A stretch of DNA of 64,000 bases. Origin: Eledone cirrhosa. Taxonomy: Eukaryota. The stretch covers positions 102,486,001 to 102,550,000 of the forward strand of contig OZ024744.1 in assembly GCA_964016885.1 (NCBI GenBank), written 5' to 3'. The notes under the pieces were generated by a model that saw only the letters and a list, made by a program, of their open reading frames with translations, had not been told where the DNA came from and did not search any database. A program made the position numbers and the translations under genes. Every line of letters starts with the position of its first letter. The stretch's first letter is position 1. This document shows positions 46,901 through 61,431 of the stretch, in pieces.

Positions 46901-49900
46901 CCACAACAATACTAACAGTGGCTGTCCACCCACAACATTACTAACAGTGGCTATCCACCCACAACAATACTAACAGTGGCTGTCCACCCACAGCAATACT
47001 AACAGTGGCTGTCTACCCACAACATTACTAACAGTGGCTGTCCACCCACAATATTACTAACAGTGGCTGTCCACCCACAACATTACTAACAGTGGCTGTC
47101 TACCCACAACATTACTAACAGTGGCTGTCCACCCACAACATTACTAACAGTGGCTGTCTACCCACAACATTACTAACACTGGCTGTCCACCCACAACGTT
47201 ACTAACAGTGGCTGCCCACCCAGAGCAACACTAACAGTGGCTGTCTACCCACAACAATACTAACAGTGACTGCCTACCCACATTACTAACAGTGGCAGTC
47301 CACCCACAACATTACTAACAGTGGCTGCCCACCCACAACATTAGTAACAGTGGCTGCCCACCCACATTACTAACAGTGGCTGTCCACCCACAATAATACT
47401 AACAGTGGTTGTCCACCCACAACGTTACTAACAGTGGCTGTCCACCCACAACATTACTAACACTGGCTGCCCACCCAGAGCAATACTAACAGTGGCTGTC
47501 CACCCACAACAATACTAACAGTGGCTGTCCACCCACAACATTACTAACACTGGCTGCCCACCCACAACATTACTAACAGTGGCTGTCCACCCACAACAAT
47601 ACTAACAGTGGCTGTCTACGCACAAATTTACTAACAGTAGCTGCCCACCCACAACATTAGTAACAGTGGCTGGCTGCCCACCCACAACATTAGTAACAGT
47701 GGTTGTCTACCCACATTACTAACAGTGGCTGTCCACCCACAGCAATACTAATAGTGGCTGTCCACCCAAAGCAATACTAATAGTGGCTGCCTACCCACAG
47801 CAATACTAACAGTGGCTGTCTACCCACAGCAATACTAACAGTGGCTGTCCACCCACAATACTAACAGTGGCTGTCCACCCACAACATTAGTAACAGTGGC
47901 TGTCCACCCACAGTAATACTAACAGTGGCTGTCTACCCACAATAATACTAACAGAGGTTGTCCACCCACAACAATACTAACAGTGGCTGTCTACCCACAA
48001 TAATACTAACAGTGGCTGTCCACCCACAACATTAGTAACAGTGGCTGTCCACCCACAACATTAGTAACAGTGGCTGTCCACCCACAGTAATACTAACAGT
48101 GGCTGTCTACCCACAATAATACTAACAGAGGTTGTCCACCCACAACAATACTAACAGTGGCTGTCTACCCACAATAATACTAACAGAGGTTGTCTACCCA
48201 CAACAATACTAACAGTGGCTGCCACCCACAATAATACTAACAGTGGCTGTCCACCCACAGTAATACTAACAGTGGCTGTCCACCCACAACATTAGTAACA
48301 GTGGTTGTCCACCCACAGCAATACTAACATTGGCTGTCCACCCACAACATTACTAACAGTGGCTGTCTACCCACAACATTACTAACAGTGGCTGTCCACC
48401 CACAGCAATACTAACAGTGGCTGTCCACCCACAACATTACTAACAGTGGCTGTCCACCCACAATAATACTAACGGTGGCTGTTCACCCACAATAATACTA
48501 ACAGTGGCTGTCCACCCACAGCAATACTAACAGTGGCTGTCCACCCACAACATTACTAACAGTGGCTGTCCACCCACAACATTACTAACAGTGGCTGCCC
48601 ATCCACAACATTAGTAACAGTGGCTGTCCACCCACAATAATACTAACAGTGGCTGTGCACCCACAATAATACTAACAGTGGCTGTCCACCCACAACAATA
48701 CTAACAGTGGCTGTCCACCCACAACATTACTAACAGTGGCTGTCTACCCACAATAATACTAACAGTGGCTGTCCACCCAGAGCAATACTAACAGTGGCTG
48801 TCTACGCACAATTTTACTAACAGTGGCTGCCCACCCACATTACTAAAAGTGGCTGCCCAACCACATTACTAACAGTGGCTGTCTACCCACATTACTAACA
48901 GTGGCTGCCCACCCACAACATTAGTAACAGTGGCTGTCTACCCACAAAATTACTAACAGTGGCTGGCCACCCACATTACTAAGAGTGGCTGCCCACCCAC
49001 AACATTAGTAAGTGGCTGTCTACCCACAACATTACTAATAGTGGCTGTCCACCCACAACAATACTAACAGTGGTTGTCCACCCACAACATTAGTAACAGT
49101 GGCTGTCTACCCACAGCAATACTAACAGTGGCTGTCCACCCACAGCAATACTAACTGGCTGTCCACCCACAACAATACTAACAGTGGTTGTCCACCCACA
49201 ATAATACTAACAGTGGCTGTCCACCCACAGTAATACTAACAGTGGCTGTCCACCCACAATAATACTAACAGTGGCTGTCCACCCACAGCAATACTAACAG
49301 TGGCTGCCCACCCACAACATTAGTAACAGTGGCTGTCTACCCACAACAATACTAACTGGCTGTCCAGCCACAGCAATACTAACAGTGGCTGTCTACCCAC
49401 AAAATTACTAACAGTGGCTGCCCACCCACAACATTAGTAAGTGGCTGTCTACCCACAGCAATACTAACAGTGGCTGTCCACCCACAGCAATACTAACTGG
49501 CTGTCCAGCCACAGCAATACTAACAGTGGCTGTCCACCCACAATAATACTAACAGTGGCTGTCTACCCACAATAATACTAACAGTGGCTGTCCACCCACA
49601 ACAATACTAACAGTGGCTGTCCACCCACAACATTACTAACAGTGGCTGTCCACCCACAGCAATACTAACAGTGGCTGCCCACCCACAACATTAGTAACAG
49701 TGGCTGTCTACCCACAACATTACTAATAGTGGCTGTCCACCCACAGCAATACTAACAGTGGATGTCCACCCACAACAATACTAACAGTGGCTGTCCACCC
49801 ACAGCAATACTAATAGTGGCTGTCCACCCACAGTAATACTAACAGTGGCTGTCTACCCACAACATTACTAACAGTGGCTGTCCACCCACAGCAATACTAA

Positions 49901-52900
49901 CAGTGGCTGTCTACCCACAACAATACTAATAGTGGTTGTCCACCCACAGCAATACTAACAGTGGCTGCCACCCACAATAATACTAACAGTGGCTGTCCAC
50001 CCACAGTAATACTAACAGTGGCTGTCCACCCACAACATTAGTAACAGTGGTTGTCCACCCACAGCAATACTAACAGTGGCTGTCTACCCACAATAATACT
50101 AACAGTGGCTGTCCACCCACACTAATACTAACAGTGGCTGTCCACCCACAATAATACTAACAGTGGCTGTCCACCCACAGCAATACTAACAGTGGCTGCC
50201 ACCCACAATAATACTAACAGTGGCTGTCCACCCACAGTAATACTAACAGTGGCTGTCCACCCACAACATTAGTAACAGTGGTTGTCCACCCACAGTAATA
50301 CTAACAGTGGCTGTCTACCCACAATAATACTAACAGTGGCTGTCCACCCACAGTAATACTAACAGTGGTTGTCCAGCCACAATAATACTAACAGTGGTTG
50401 TCTACCCACAACATTAGTAACAGTGGTTGTCTACCCACATTACTAACAGTGGCTGTCCACCCACAGCAATACTAATAGTGGCTGTCCACCCACAACAATA
50501 CTAACAGTGGTTGTCCACCCACAACATTAGTAACAGTGGCTGTCTACCCACAATAATACTAACAGTGGCTGCCACCCACAATAATACTAACAGTGGCTGT
50601 CCACCCACAGCAATACTAACAGTGGCTGCCACCCACAATAATACTAATAGTGGCTGTCCACCCACAACAATACTAACAGTGGTTGTCCACCCACAACATT
50701 AGTAACAGTGGCTGTCTACCCACAACAATACTAACAGTGGCTGTCCACCCACAGCAATACTAATAGTGGCTGTCCACCCACAACAATACTAACAGTGGCT
50801 GTCCACCCACAGTAATACTAACAGAGGTTGTCCACCCACAACATTACTAACAGTGGCTGTCTACCCACAACAATACTAACAGTGGCTGTCCACCCAAAGC
50901 AATACTAATAGTGGCTGCCTACCCACAGCAATACTAACAGTGGCTGTCTACCCACAGCAATACTAACAGTGGCTGTCCACCCACAACAATACTAACAGTG
51001 GCTGTCCACCCACAACATTAGTAACAGTGGCTGTCCACCCACAGTAATACTAACAGTGGCTGTCTACCCACAATAATACTAACAGAGGTTGTCCACCCAC
51101 AACAATACTAACAGTGGCTGTCTACCCACAATAATACTAACAGTGGCTGTCCACCCACAACATTAGTAACAGTGGCTGTCCACCCACAACATTAGTAACA
51201 GTGGCTGTCCACCCACAGTAATACTAACAGTGGCTGTCTACCCACAATAATACTAACAGAGGTTGTCCACCCACAACAATACTAACAGTGGCTGTCTACC
51301 CACAATAATACTAACAGAGGTTGTCCACCCACAACAATACTAACAGTGGCTGCCACCCACAATAATACTAACAGTGGCTGTCCACCCACAGTAATACTAA
51401 CAGTGGCTGTCCACCCACAACATTAGTAACAGTGGTTGTCCACCCACAGCAATACTAACATTGGCTGTCCACCCACAACATTACTAACAGTGGCTGTCTA
51501 CCCACAACATTACTAACAGTGGCTGTCCACCCACAGCAATACTAACAGTGGCTGTCCACCCACAACAATACTAACAGTGGCTGTCCACCCACAGCAATAC
51601 TAACAGTGGCTGTCCACCCACAACATTACTAACAGTGGCTGTCCACCCACAATAATACTAACGGTGGCTGTTCACCCACAATAATACTAACAGTGGCTGT
51701 CCACCCACAGCAATACTAACAGTGGCTGTCCACCCACAACATTACTAACAGTGGCTGTCCACCCACAACATTACTAACAGTGGCTGCCCATCCACAACAT
51801 TAGTAACAGTGGCTGTCCACCCACAATAATACTAACAGTGGCTGTCCACCCACAATAATACTAACAGTGGCTGTCCACCCACAACAATACTAACAGTGGC
51901 TGTCCACCCACAACATTACTAACAGTGGCTGTCTACCCACAATAATACTAACAGTGGCTGTCCACCCAGAGCAATACTAACAGTGGCTGTCTACGCACAA
52001 TTTTACTAACAGTGGCTGCCCACCGACATTACTAAAAGTGGCTGCCCAACCACATTACTAACAGTGGCTGTCTACCCACATTACTAACAGTGGCTGCCCA
52101 CCCACAACATTAGTAACAGTGGCTGTCTACCCACAAAATTACTAACAGTGGCTGGCCACCCACATTACTAAGAGTGGCTGCCCACCCACAACATTAGTAA
52201 GTGGCTGTCTACCCACAACATTACTAATAGTGGCTGTCCACCCACAACATTACTAATAGTGGCTGTCCACCCACAACAATACTAACAGTGGTTGTCCACC
52301 CACAACATTAGTAACAGTCGCTGTCTACCCACAGAAATACTAACAGTGGCTGTCCACCCACAGCAATACTAACTGGCTGTCCACCCACAACAATACTAAC
52401 AGTGGTTGTCCACCCACAATAATACTAACAGTGGCTGTCCACCCACAGTAATACTAACAGTGGCTGTCCACCCACAATAATACTAACAGTGGCTGTCCAC
52501 CCACAGCAATACTAACAGTGGCTGTCTACCCACAACAATACTAACTGGCTGTCCAGCCACAGCAATACTAACAGTGGCTGTCTACCCACAAAATTACTAA
52601 CAGTGGCTGGCCACCCACATTACTAAGAGTGGCTGCCCACCCACAACATTAGTAAGTGGCTGTCTACCCACAGCAATACTAACAGTGGCTGTCGACCCAC
52701 AGCAATACTAACTGGCTGTCCACCCACAGCAATACTAACTGGCTGTCCAGCCACAGCAATACTAACAGTGGCTGTCCACCCACAATAATACTAACAGTGG
52801 CTGTCTACCCACAATAATACTAACAGTGGCTGTCCACCCACAACAATACTAACAGTGGCTGTCCACCCACAACATTACTAACAGTGGCTGTCCACCCACA

Positions 52901-55900
52901 GCAATACTAACAGTGGCTGCCCACCCACAACATTAGTAACAGTGGCTGTCTACCCACAACATTACTAATAGTGGCTGTCCACCCACAGCAATACTAACAG
53001 TGGCTGTCCATCCAAAGCAATACTAACAGTGGCTGTCCACCCACAGTAATACTAACAGTGGCTGTCTACCCACAACATTACTAACAGTGGCTGTCCACCC
53101 ACAACATTACTAACAGTAGCTGTCTACCCACAACAATACTAATAGTGGTTGTCCACCCACAGCAATACTAACAGTGGCTGCCACCCACAATAATACTAAC
53201 AGTGGCTGTCCACCCACAGTAATACTAACAGTGGCTGTCCACCCACAACATTAGTAACAGTGGTTGTCCACCCACAGCAATACTAACAGTGGCTGTCTAC
53301 CCACAACATTAGTAACAGTGGTTGTCTACCCACAACAATACTAATAGTGGTTGTCCACCCACAGCAATACTAACAGTGGCTGCCACCCACAATAATACTA
53401 ACAGTGGCTGTCCACCCACAGTAATACTAACAGTGGCTGTCCACCCACAACATTAGTAACAGTGGTTGTCCACCCACAGCAATACTAACAGTGGCTGTCT
53501 ACCCACAATAATACTAACAGTGGCTGTCCACCCACACTAATACTAACAGTGGCTGTCCACCCACAATAATACTAACAGTGGCTGTCCACCCACAATAATA
53601 CTAACAGTGGCTGTCCACCCACAGCAATACTAACAGTGGCTGCCACCCACAATAATACTAACAGTGGCTGTCCACCCACAGTAATACTAACAGTGGCTGT
53701 CCACCCACAACATTAGTAACAGTGGTTGTCCACCCACAGTAATACTAACAGTGGCTGTCTACCCACAATAATACTAACAGTGGCTGTCCACCCACAGTAA
53801 TACTAACAGTAGTTGTCCAGCCACAATAATACTAACAGTGGTTGTCTACCCACAACATTAGTAACAGTGGTTGTCTACCCACATTACTAACAGTGGCTGT
53901 CCACCCACAGCAATACTAATAGTGGCTGTCCACCCACAACAATACTAACAGTGGTTGTCCACCCACAACATTAGTAACAGTGGCTGTCTACCCACAATAA
54001 TACTAACAGTGGCTGCCACCCACAATAATACTAACAGTGGCTGTCCACCCACAGCAATACTAACAGTGGCTGCCACCCACAATAATACTAATAGTGGCTG
54101 TCCACCCACAACAATACTAACAGTGGTTGTCCACCCACAACATTAGTAACAGTGGCTGTCTACCCACAACAATACTAACAGTGGCTGTCCACCCACAGCA
54201 ATACTAATAGTGGCTGTCCACCCACAATACTAACAGTGGCTGTCCACCCACAGTAATACTAACAGAGGTTGTCCACCCACAACATTACTAACAGTGGCTG
54301 TCTACCCACAACAATACTAACAGTGGCTGTCCACCCAAAGCAATACTAATAGTGGCTGCCTACCCACAGCAATACTAACAGTGGCTGTCCACCCACAACA
54401 ATACTAACAGTGGCTGTCCACCCACAACATTAGTAACAGTGGCTGTCCACCCACAGTAATACTAACAGTGGCTGTCTACCCACAATAATACTAACAGAGG
54501 TTGTCCACCCACAACAATACTAACAGTGGCTGTCTACCCACAATAATACTAACAGTGGCTGTCCACCCACAACATTAGTAACAGTGGCTGTCCACCCACA
54601 ACATTAGTAACAGTGGCTGTCCACCCACAGTAATACTAACAGTGGCTGTCTACCCACAATAATACTAACAGAGGTTGTCCACCCACAACAATACTAACAG
54701 TGGCTGTCTACCCACAATAATACTAACAGAGGTTGTCCACCCACAACAATACTAACAGTGGCTGCCACCCACAATAATACTAACAGTGGCTGTCCACCCA
54801 CAGTAATACTAACAGTGGCTGTCCACCCACAACATTAGTAACAGTGGTTGTCCACCCACAGCAATACTAACATTGGCTGTCCACCCACAACATTACTAAC
54901 AGTGGCTGTCTACCCACAACATTACTAACAGTGGCTGTCCACCCACAGCAATACTAACAGTGGCTGTCCACCCACAACAATACTAACAGTGGCTGTCCAC
55001 CCACAATAATACTAACAGTGGCTGTCCACCCACAGTAATACTAACAGTGGCTGTCTACCCACAATAATACTAACATTGGCTGTCCACCCACAACATTACT
55101 AACAGTGGCTGTCCACCCACAACAATACTAACAGTGGCTGTCCACCCACAATAATACTAACAGTGGCTGTCCAGCCACAATAATACTAACAGTGGCTGCC
55201 CACCCACAACAATACTAACAGTGGCTGTCCACCCACAACATTAGTAACAGTGGCTGTCTACCCACAACATTACTAACAGTGGCTGTCTACCCACAACATT
55301 ACTAACAGTGGCTGTCCACCCACAACAATACTAACAGTGGCTGTCCACCCACAACAATACTAACAGTGGCTGTCTACCCACAACAATACTAACAGTGGCT
55401 GTCTACCCACAGCAATACTAACAGTGGCTGCCCACCCACACAATACTAACAGTGGCTGTCCACCCACAACATTAGTAACAGTGGCTGTCTACCCACAACA
55501 TTACTAACAGTGGCTGTCTACCCACAACATTACTAACAGTGGCTGTCCACCCATAACAATACTAACAGTGGCTGTCCACCCACAACAATACTAACAGTGG
55601 CTGTCTACCCACAACAATACTAACAGTGGCTGTCTACCCACAATATTACTAACAGTGGCTGTCTACCCACAACATTACTAACAGTGGCTGTCCACCCACA
55701 GCAATACTAACAGTGGCTGTCTACCCACAACATTACTAACAGTGGCTGTCCACCCACAACATTGCTAACAGTGGCTGTCCACCCACAACATTACTAACAG
55801 TGGCTGTCCACCCACAGCAATACTAACAGTGGCTGTCCACCCACAGCAACACTAACAGTGGCTGTCCACCCACAGCAATACTAACAGTGGCTGTCCACCC

Positions 55901-57570
55901 ACAGCAACACTAACAGTGGCTGTCCACCCACAGCAATACTAACAGTGGCTGTCCACCCACAGCAATACTAACAGTGGCTGTCCACCCACAGCAACACTAA
56001 CAGTGGCTGTCCACCCACAGCAATACTAACAGTGGCTGTCCACCCACAACATTACTAACAGTGGCTGTCCACCCACAACAATACTAACAGTGGCTGTCCA
56101 CCCACAACAATACTAACAGTGGCTGTCTACCCACAACAATACTAACAGTGGCTGTCTACCCACAATATTACTAACAGTGGCTGTCCACCCACAACAATAC
56201 TAACAGTGGCTGTCCACCCACAGCAACACTAACAGTGGCTGTCCACCCACAGCAATACTAACAGTGGCTGTCTACCCACAACATTACTAACAGTGGCTGT
56301 CCACCCACAACATTACTAACAGTGGCTGTCCACCCACAGCAATACTACCAGTGGCTGTCCACCCACAGCAATACTAACAGTGGCTGTCCACCCACAACAT
56401 TACTAACAGTGGCTGTCCACCCACAGCAATACTACCAGTGGCTGTCCACCCACAATATTACTAACAGTGGCTGTCCACCCACAGCAATACTAACAGTGGC
56501 TGTCCACCCACAACATTACTAACAGTGGCTGTCTACCCACAACAATACTAACAGTGGCTGTCCACCCACAGCAATACTAACAGTGGCTGTCCACCCACAA
56601 CATTGCTAACAGTGGCTGTCTACCCACAACATTACTAACAGTGGCTGTCTACCCACAACAATACTAACAGTGGCTGTCCACCCACAGCATTACTAACAGT
56701 GGCTGTCCACCCACAACAATACTAACAGTGGCTGTCCACCCACAATACTAACAGTGGCTGCCCACCCACAACATTACTAACAGTGGCTGTCCACTCACAG
56801 TAATACTAACAGTGGCTGTCCACCCACAACAATACTAACAGTGGCTGTCCACCCACAACATTACTAACAGTGGCTGCCCACCCACAACAATACTACCAGT
56901 AGCTGTCTACCCACAGCAATACTAACAGTGGCTGCCCACCCACAACATTACTAACATTGGCTGTCCACTCACAGTAATACTAACAGTGGCTGTCCACCCA
57001 CAACAATACTAACAGTGGCTATCTACCCACAGCAATACTAACAGTGGCTGCCCACCCACAACATTACTAACATTGGCTGTCCACTCACAGTAATACTAAC
57101 AGTGGCTGTCCACCCACAACAATACTAACAGTGGCTATCTACCCACAGCAATACTAACAGTGGCTGCCCACCCACAACATTACTAACATTGGCTGTCCAC
57201 TCACAGTAATACTAACAGTGGCTGTCCACCCACAATATTACTAACAGTGGCTGCCCACCCACAACAATACTACCAGTGGCTGTCCACCCACAACAATACT
57301 AATAGTGGCTGTCCACCCACAATAATACTAACAGTGGCTGCCCACCCACAACAATACTAACAGTGGCTGCCCACCCACAACAATACTAACAGTGGCTGTC
57401 CACCCACAGCAATACTAACAGTGGCTGTCCACCCACAACATTACTAAACAGTGGCTGTCCACCCACAACAATACTAACAGTGGCTGTCCACCCACAGCAA
57501 TACTAACAGTGGCTGTCCACCCACAACATTACTAACAGTGGCTGTCCACTCACAGCAATATTAACAGTGG
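25919..57570. repeat. Satellite array, 29-bp unit CCCACA(A/G)(C/T)A(A/T)TACTAACAGTGGCTGTC(C/T)A, ~1,090 copies, with higher-order duplications
   Basis: Continuous tandem array of ~31.65 kb; copy number estimated as length/29; sharp ends. Confidence 0.98.
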
Positions 57571-58495
57571 ACACCATATATACAAGGACCAAATATTAGC
57601 TCAAGATCAAGACCAAGATTGATTGTTTTTAATCTATATTTAATATGTCCAATTCAGTTTGATATTCTAGAATGGTCTTAGGAACTACAATATTAAGGAC
57701 GATTTCACCTTGTGACCAAACTAAAGAAGGCACTCCTAATGTAGGAACTGTTGAAGGGAATTAATATGATGAATTGTTGAAGTTTGACACAAAATACAAT
57801 ATGTGAACATGGAGAAGGTTTCTGTGAAGACAAAAACGGTTAAAAACTTCCAATTTGTATAAATTGACTGCTCTCATTGGATGTCTTGCAGCCATGTAAG
57901 AAAGATGGTGTGAATGAGCACTTGGAAGATGTAGATTTTTGTGGCCCGATACATTTCTGACCTACACCAGAGCTGGATCTGAAGATGACAGAGTGTAGTG
58001 CATATATGGTTGATGTGGACATCAAATACTTCCATATTGTATAAGTCTATCATTTCATTGGGCATATAAGAAGGCTGGTATGAATGGGTGTGTAGAAAAT
58101 ACAGATTTTTGTGGCCAGATACATCTCTGACTAAGCTAATGGAGTCACATGTCATTCTCAGTGTTCAAAGTATAGTTTGTGACAACTTGGTGTAATCTGC
58201 ATGCCTTATGCCAAAAGTAGAAACATTTATTTTACTTTTTATATACATTTGCAAAGAGGCCCACGGGGAAATGGAGTTAGAGGATACAACTGGAAACTTT
58301 TATTTGAATTTCTGCACTCTGGTATCTCTTGGGTGATGGACCATTGTGATATATAAAATTCATGAATATTTACTAGTCTATGTTGTCTGTGAACGCAGGA
58401 GGTTTATTTAGACAGCACCATTATCTTCATGTTCTGTTTTGTACAGTACTGGTTATATAATTTTAATAGCTGAAACACTGTAAAACGATTTTTTT

Positions 58496-58588
58496 AAAAA
58501 CTGAATACTGGATCTTGGACTATGTGACCTCTTCACAACGATTAAAAAAAAACTGAATACTGGATCTTGGATTATGTGACCTATTCAC
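58496..58588. repeat. Short direct duplication (~41 bp x2)
   Basis: aaaaactgaatactggatcttgga(c/t)tatgtgacct(c/a)ttcac occurs twice. Confidence 0.8.
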
Positions 58589-59912
58589 TATGGTGGTTTT
58601 TGTTTTAAGAGGAAGCCGGCTTATGTCTCTCTCATGGGTCTTTAAACAAATATAACATTGATATTATTTTTCTTAGTGAAACTAATTTAGGTCAACTAGA
58701 AGAAATCAGAAAGGGGGCTGAACTTGTTATTGAATAGGTAAGAGGGAACATGAAACTAGATCATCTAATGTTGGGTTTATATATATGTAATAATCTGCTA
58801 TGCTCCAACAATGTCATGTAACGACAAGGTCCTATTGCTTGATATGGCAATGTCATGACAAGTTCCTACTACTTTGTGGCTTTTGAAGGTTCTGATTTTG
58901 ATATATTGGTCTAGTATGGTTGGCAAACACAATGTAGGCAAAATGAACAGTAATGGGCTGCCTCTGTAGTTCTTTTGTAATGAACTTGACCGTCTCAATC
59001 ACAAATACAGTTGCCACAACCCAAATACTCATAAATCTTGGATTATGTAATCAATTAAAACAACTTGGATTATGTATGTGCATACACACATATACACACA
59101 CACATTAAGAAATAAATATATGTCGACAGATAAAACAGGCAGTGTTTAATGTAGGAAGATTATCAATGAATAAATAGATTAGAATAAAGAGACATCAGGG
59201 ATTATCAGTGAAAAAAGAGATTAGAATAAAGAGACATCAAAGGTTATCAGTAAATAAAGAGAAATGAGATCAACTTCAGATGTCTGAGTCTGTATTTTTT
59301 GTCACTTTAAGGAGTGTAAATGGTGTTTTGTCAACAAATAGAGAACAAGAAGTGGAGTCAATATAATCAAGCGAACCCTTCAAGGTAGTGTAATTCAGCT
59401 TAGACACAGTCCAATGATTGCAAGCAGTGTGTAAGAATAAAATAATATACATAGCTAATATTAATGACTGTAAGTGGCATTTTACAAGGTAGCAACAAAA
59501 CTGTCACAAGTAACAAATACATGAATACACACACATCATCATCATGGTTTAACGTCCATTTTCCACGCTAGCATGTATGTGTATAAACACACACACACAC
59601 ATACATGAGGCAGTGAATTGGTAGCACACACATACACGTGTTAAATCATGTTTATGTTAATCAGCCATCTCAACAAAAGGCCACAGAATTAAGTGATAAG
59701 GAAACACTCTAACCATACACCAAGATACACACACTGCTATAGATAGAAGATGTCACAATAAAATGTACCCACTCTAAAGTGGTTGGTATAAGGAAGGAAC
59801 TATGCCAAAACTGGAAAATGTATAGGCCCTGGACAGTAACTCTGATTAAGTACATACTTGTTCAGTGACGACCAGTTAAACCTTTGCTAACATTAAAAAA
59901 AAAATGAACGTT

Positions 59913-60277
59913 AAATAATTGTTTCTACTTTTGGCACAAGGCCAGCAATTACCCAGTGCATTACTGGTACTTTATTTTATCGACCCCGTAAGGATGAAAG
60001 GCAAAGTTAACCTCGGCGGGATTTAAACTCAGAATCGCAAGAGCCGTAACTCTATGCGCCAAAGCATGGCGTCCGACCCTCTACCGATACTGCCAATCAA
60101 ATAATTGTTTCTACTTTAGGCACAAGGCCAGCAATTACCCAGTGCATTACTGGTATTTATTTTATTTTATCGACCCCGTAAGGATGAAAAGCAAAATCAA
60201 CCTCGGCGGGATTTGAACTCAGATCGTAAAGGGACGTAACTATGCTGGAAAGCATGGCGTCCGACCTTCTACCGATG
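59913..60277 (-). mobile_element. Second tandem SINE dimer, inserted in the tail of an older retroposon
   Basis: Copies 59913-60098 and 60099-60277, both slightly 5'-truncated. The flanks ...atgaacgttaaa and gatgatgat rejoin into the (GAT)n-tailed family end. Confidence 0.88.
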
Positions 60278-60826
60278 ATGATATAGGTCACAACAAAAAC
60301 ATTCCCAATTGATACAGTAACACTAAAATCAATCAAATTCTGTCTTTACAACACCCTAACACCTATCTATTACATTGACTGAAATATATCATGACCATCA
60401 TTTAATGCATTTTTTTTTTTTTTGCAAGAGTAGGATATTTGTCACAGAACTCTAAGACAGGCCAAGGGGTGATGAAGAAAAGAAGAGCAATGAAACTCAA
60501 TGTCGAAGTTGAGAGTATTTATATTAACACTCATTTCCAGATAGGTATCTGCAGAGCTAGGCGTGTTTATGTCTTGAAACTGTTGGTAATGCTGAAGTAA
60601 GTTAAACTTAATATAAATACAATATATTGGATTTTCTTAGCTAAAAATATAAAAGACCAATTTTAAATGAATACCTGATACCTAGTAATTGTGGCTAATC
60701 TGTTGAGAGTATAAACAAATTCGTTGTTGAGCTGAAAATCCTATTAAAATTGTATATATATCCATTTCTCATCCCCCTACCCCATCTCTCTATATATATA
60801 GTTTCAAAAAACCCTGCGTGGCTAAG

Positions 60827-60828
<2 letters not shown>

Positions 60829-60897
<69 letters not shown>

Positions 60898-60930
60898 TGT
60901 GTGTGTGTGAGTGTGTGTATGTATGTGTGC
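60829..60930. repeat. Compound microsatellite (GA)33 followed by imperfect (GT)n
   Basis: Directly visible. Confidence 0.95.
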
Positions 60931-61247
60931 GATGCTTGTCATAGGTAAGTAAACATTTTTTACCTATTAACATTCAGTACAGCAATCTTAAACTTATTTA
61001 AAAAAGCATGACTATTAATCATATCCATAAACTAATTATTAACATCTATGCCAAATTTTAGCCCACAAAGAGGACAGCATAGACATTGTGGGTGTGTCTA
61101 CTTAATGTACTGGCCATTTTGTGATGGACCAAGTCATTTTACCATAACTCCTTTCCACTCCAATCATGAACTTTGCATATATAACCATAAGGTTACTTTA
61201 CCTCCCTCCCCATGTAATATTATTTACACACATTATCATCATTGTAT

Positions 61248-61428
61248 GGTGGATTGGCAGTATCGGTAGAGGGTCGGACGCCATGCTTTCCAGCATAGTT
61301 ACGTCCCTTTACGATCTGAGCTCAAATCCCGCCGAGGTTGACTTTGCCTTTCATCCTTACGGGGTCGATAAAATAAAGTACCAGTAATGCACTGGGTAAT
61401 TGCTGGCCTTGTGCCTAACGTAGAAACA
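61248..61428 (+). mobile_element. Near full-length SINE copy with a 16-bp TSD
   Basis: ggtggattggcagtatcggtagaggg...gtagaaaca flanked by attatcatcattgtat at 61232-61247 and 61429-61444. Confidence 0.92.
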
Positions 61429-61431
61429 ATT

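Noticed and set aside
50511-56522. Repetitive ORFs inside the satellite (50511, 53955, 56322)
   Set aside because: Chance stop-free runs of a 29-bp (non-triplet) repeat with non-ATG starts.
25919-57570. CRISPR-like array (29-bp repeat)
   Set aside because: Units are contiguous with no unique spacers, there are no cas genes, and the context is eukaryotic.
61248-61335. tRNA gene
   Set aside because: A/B boxes belong to a SINE head; no cloverleaf, and it is followed by SINE core and TSD.
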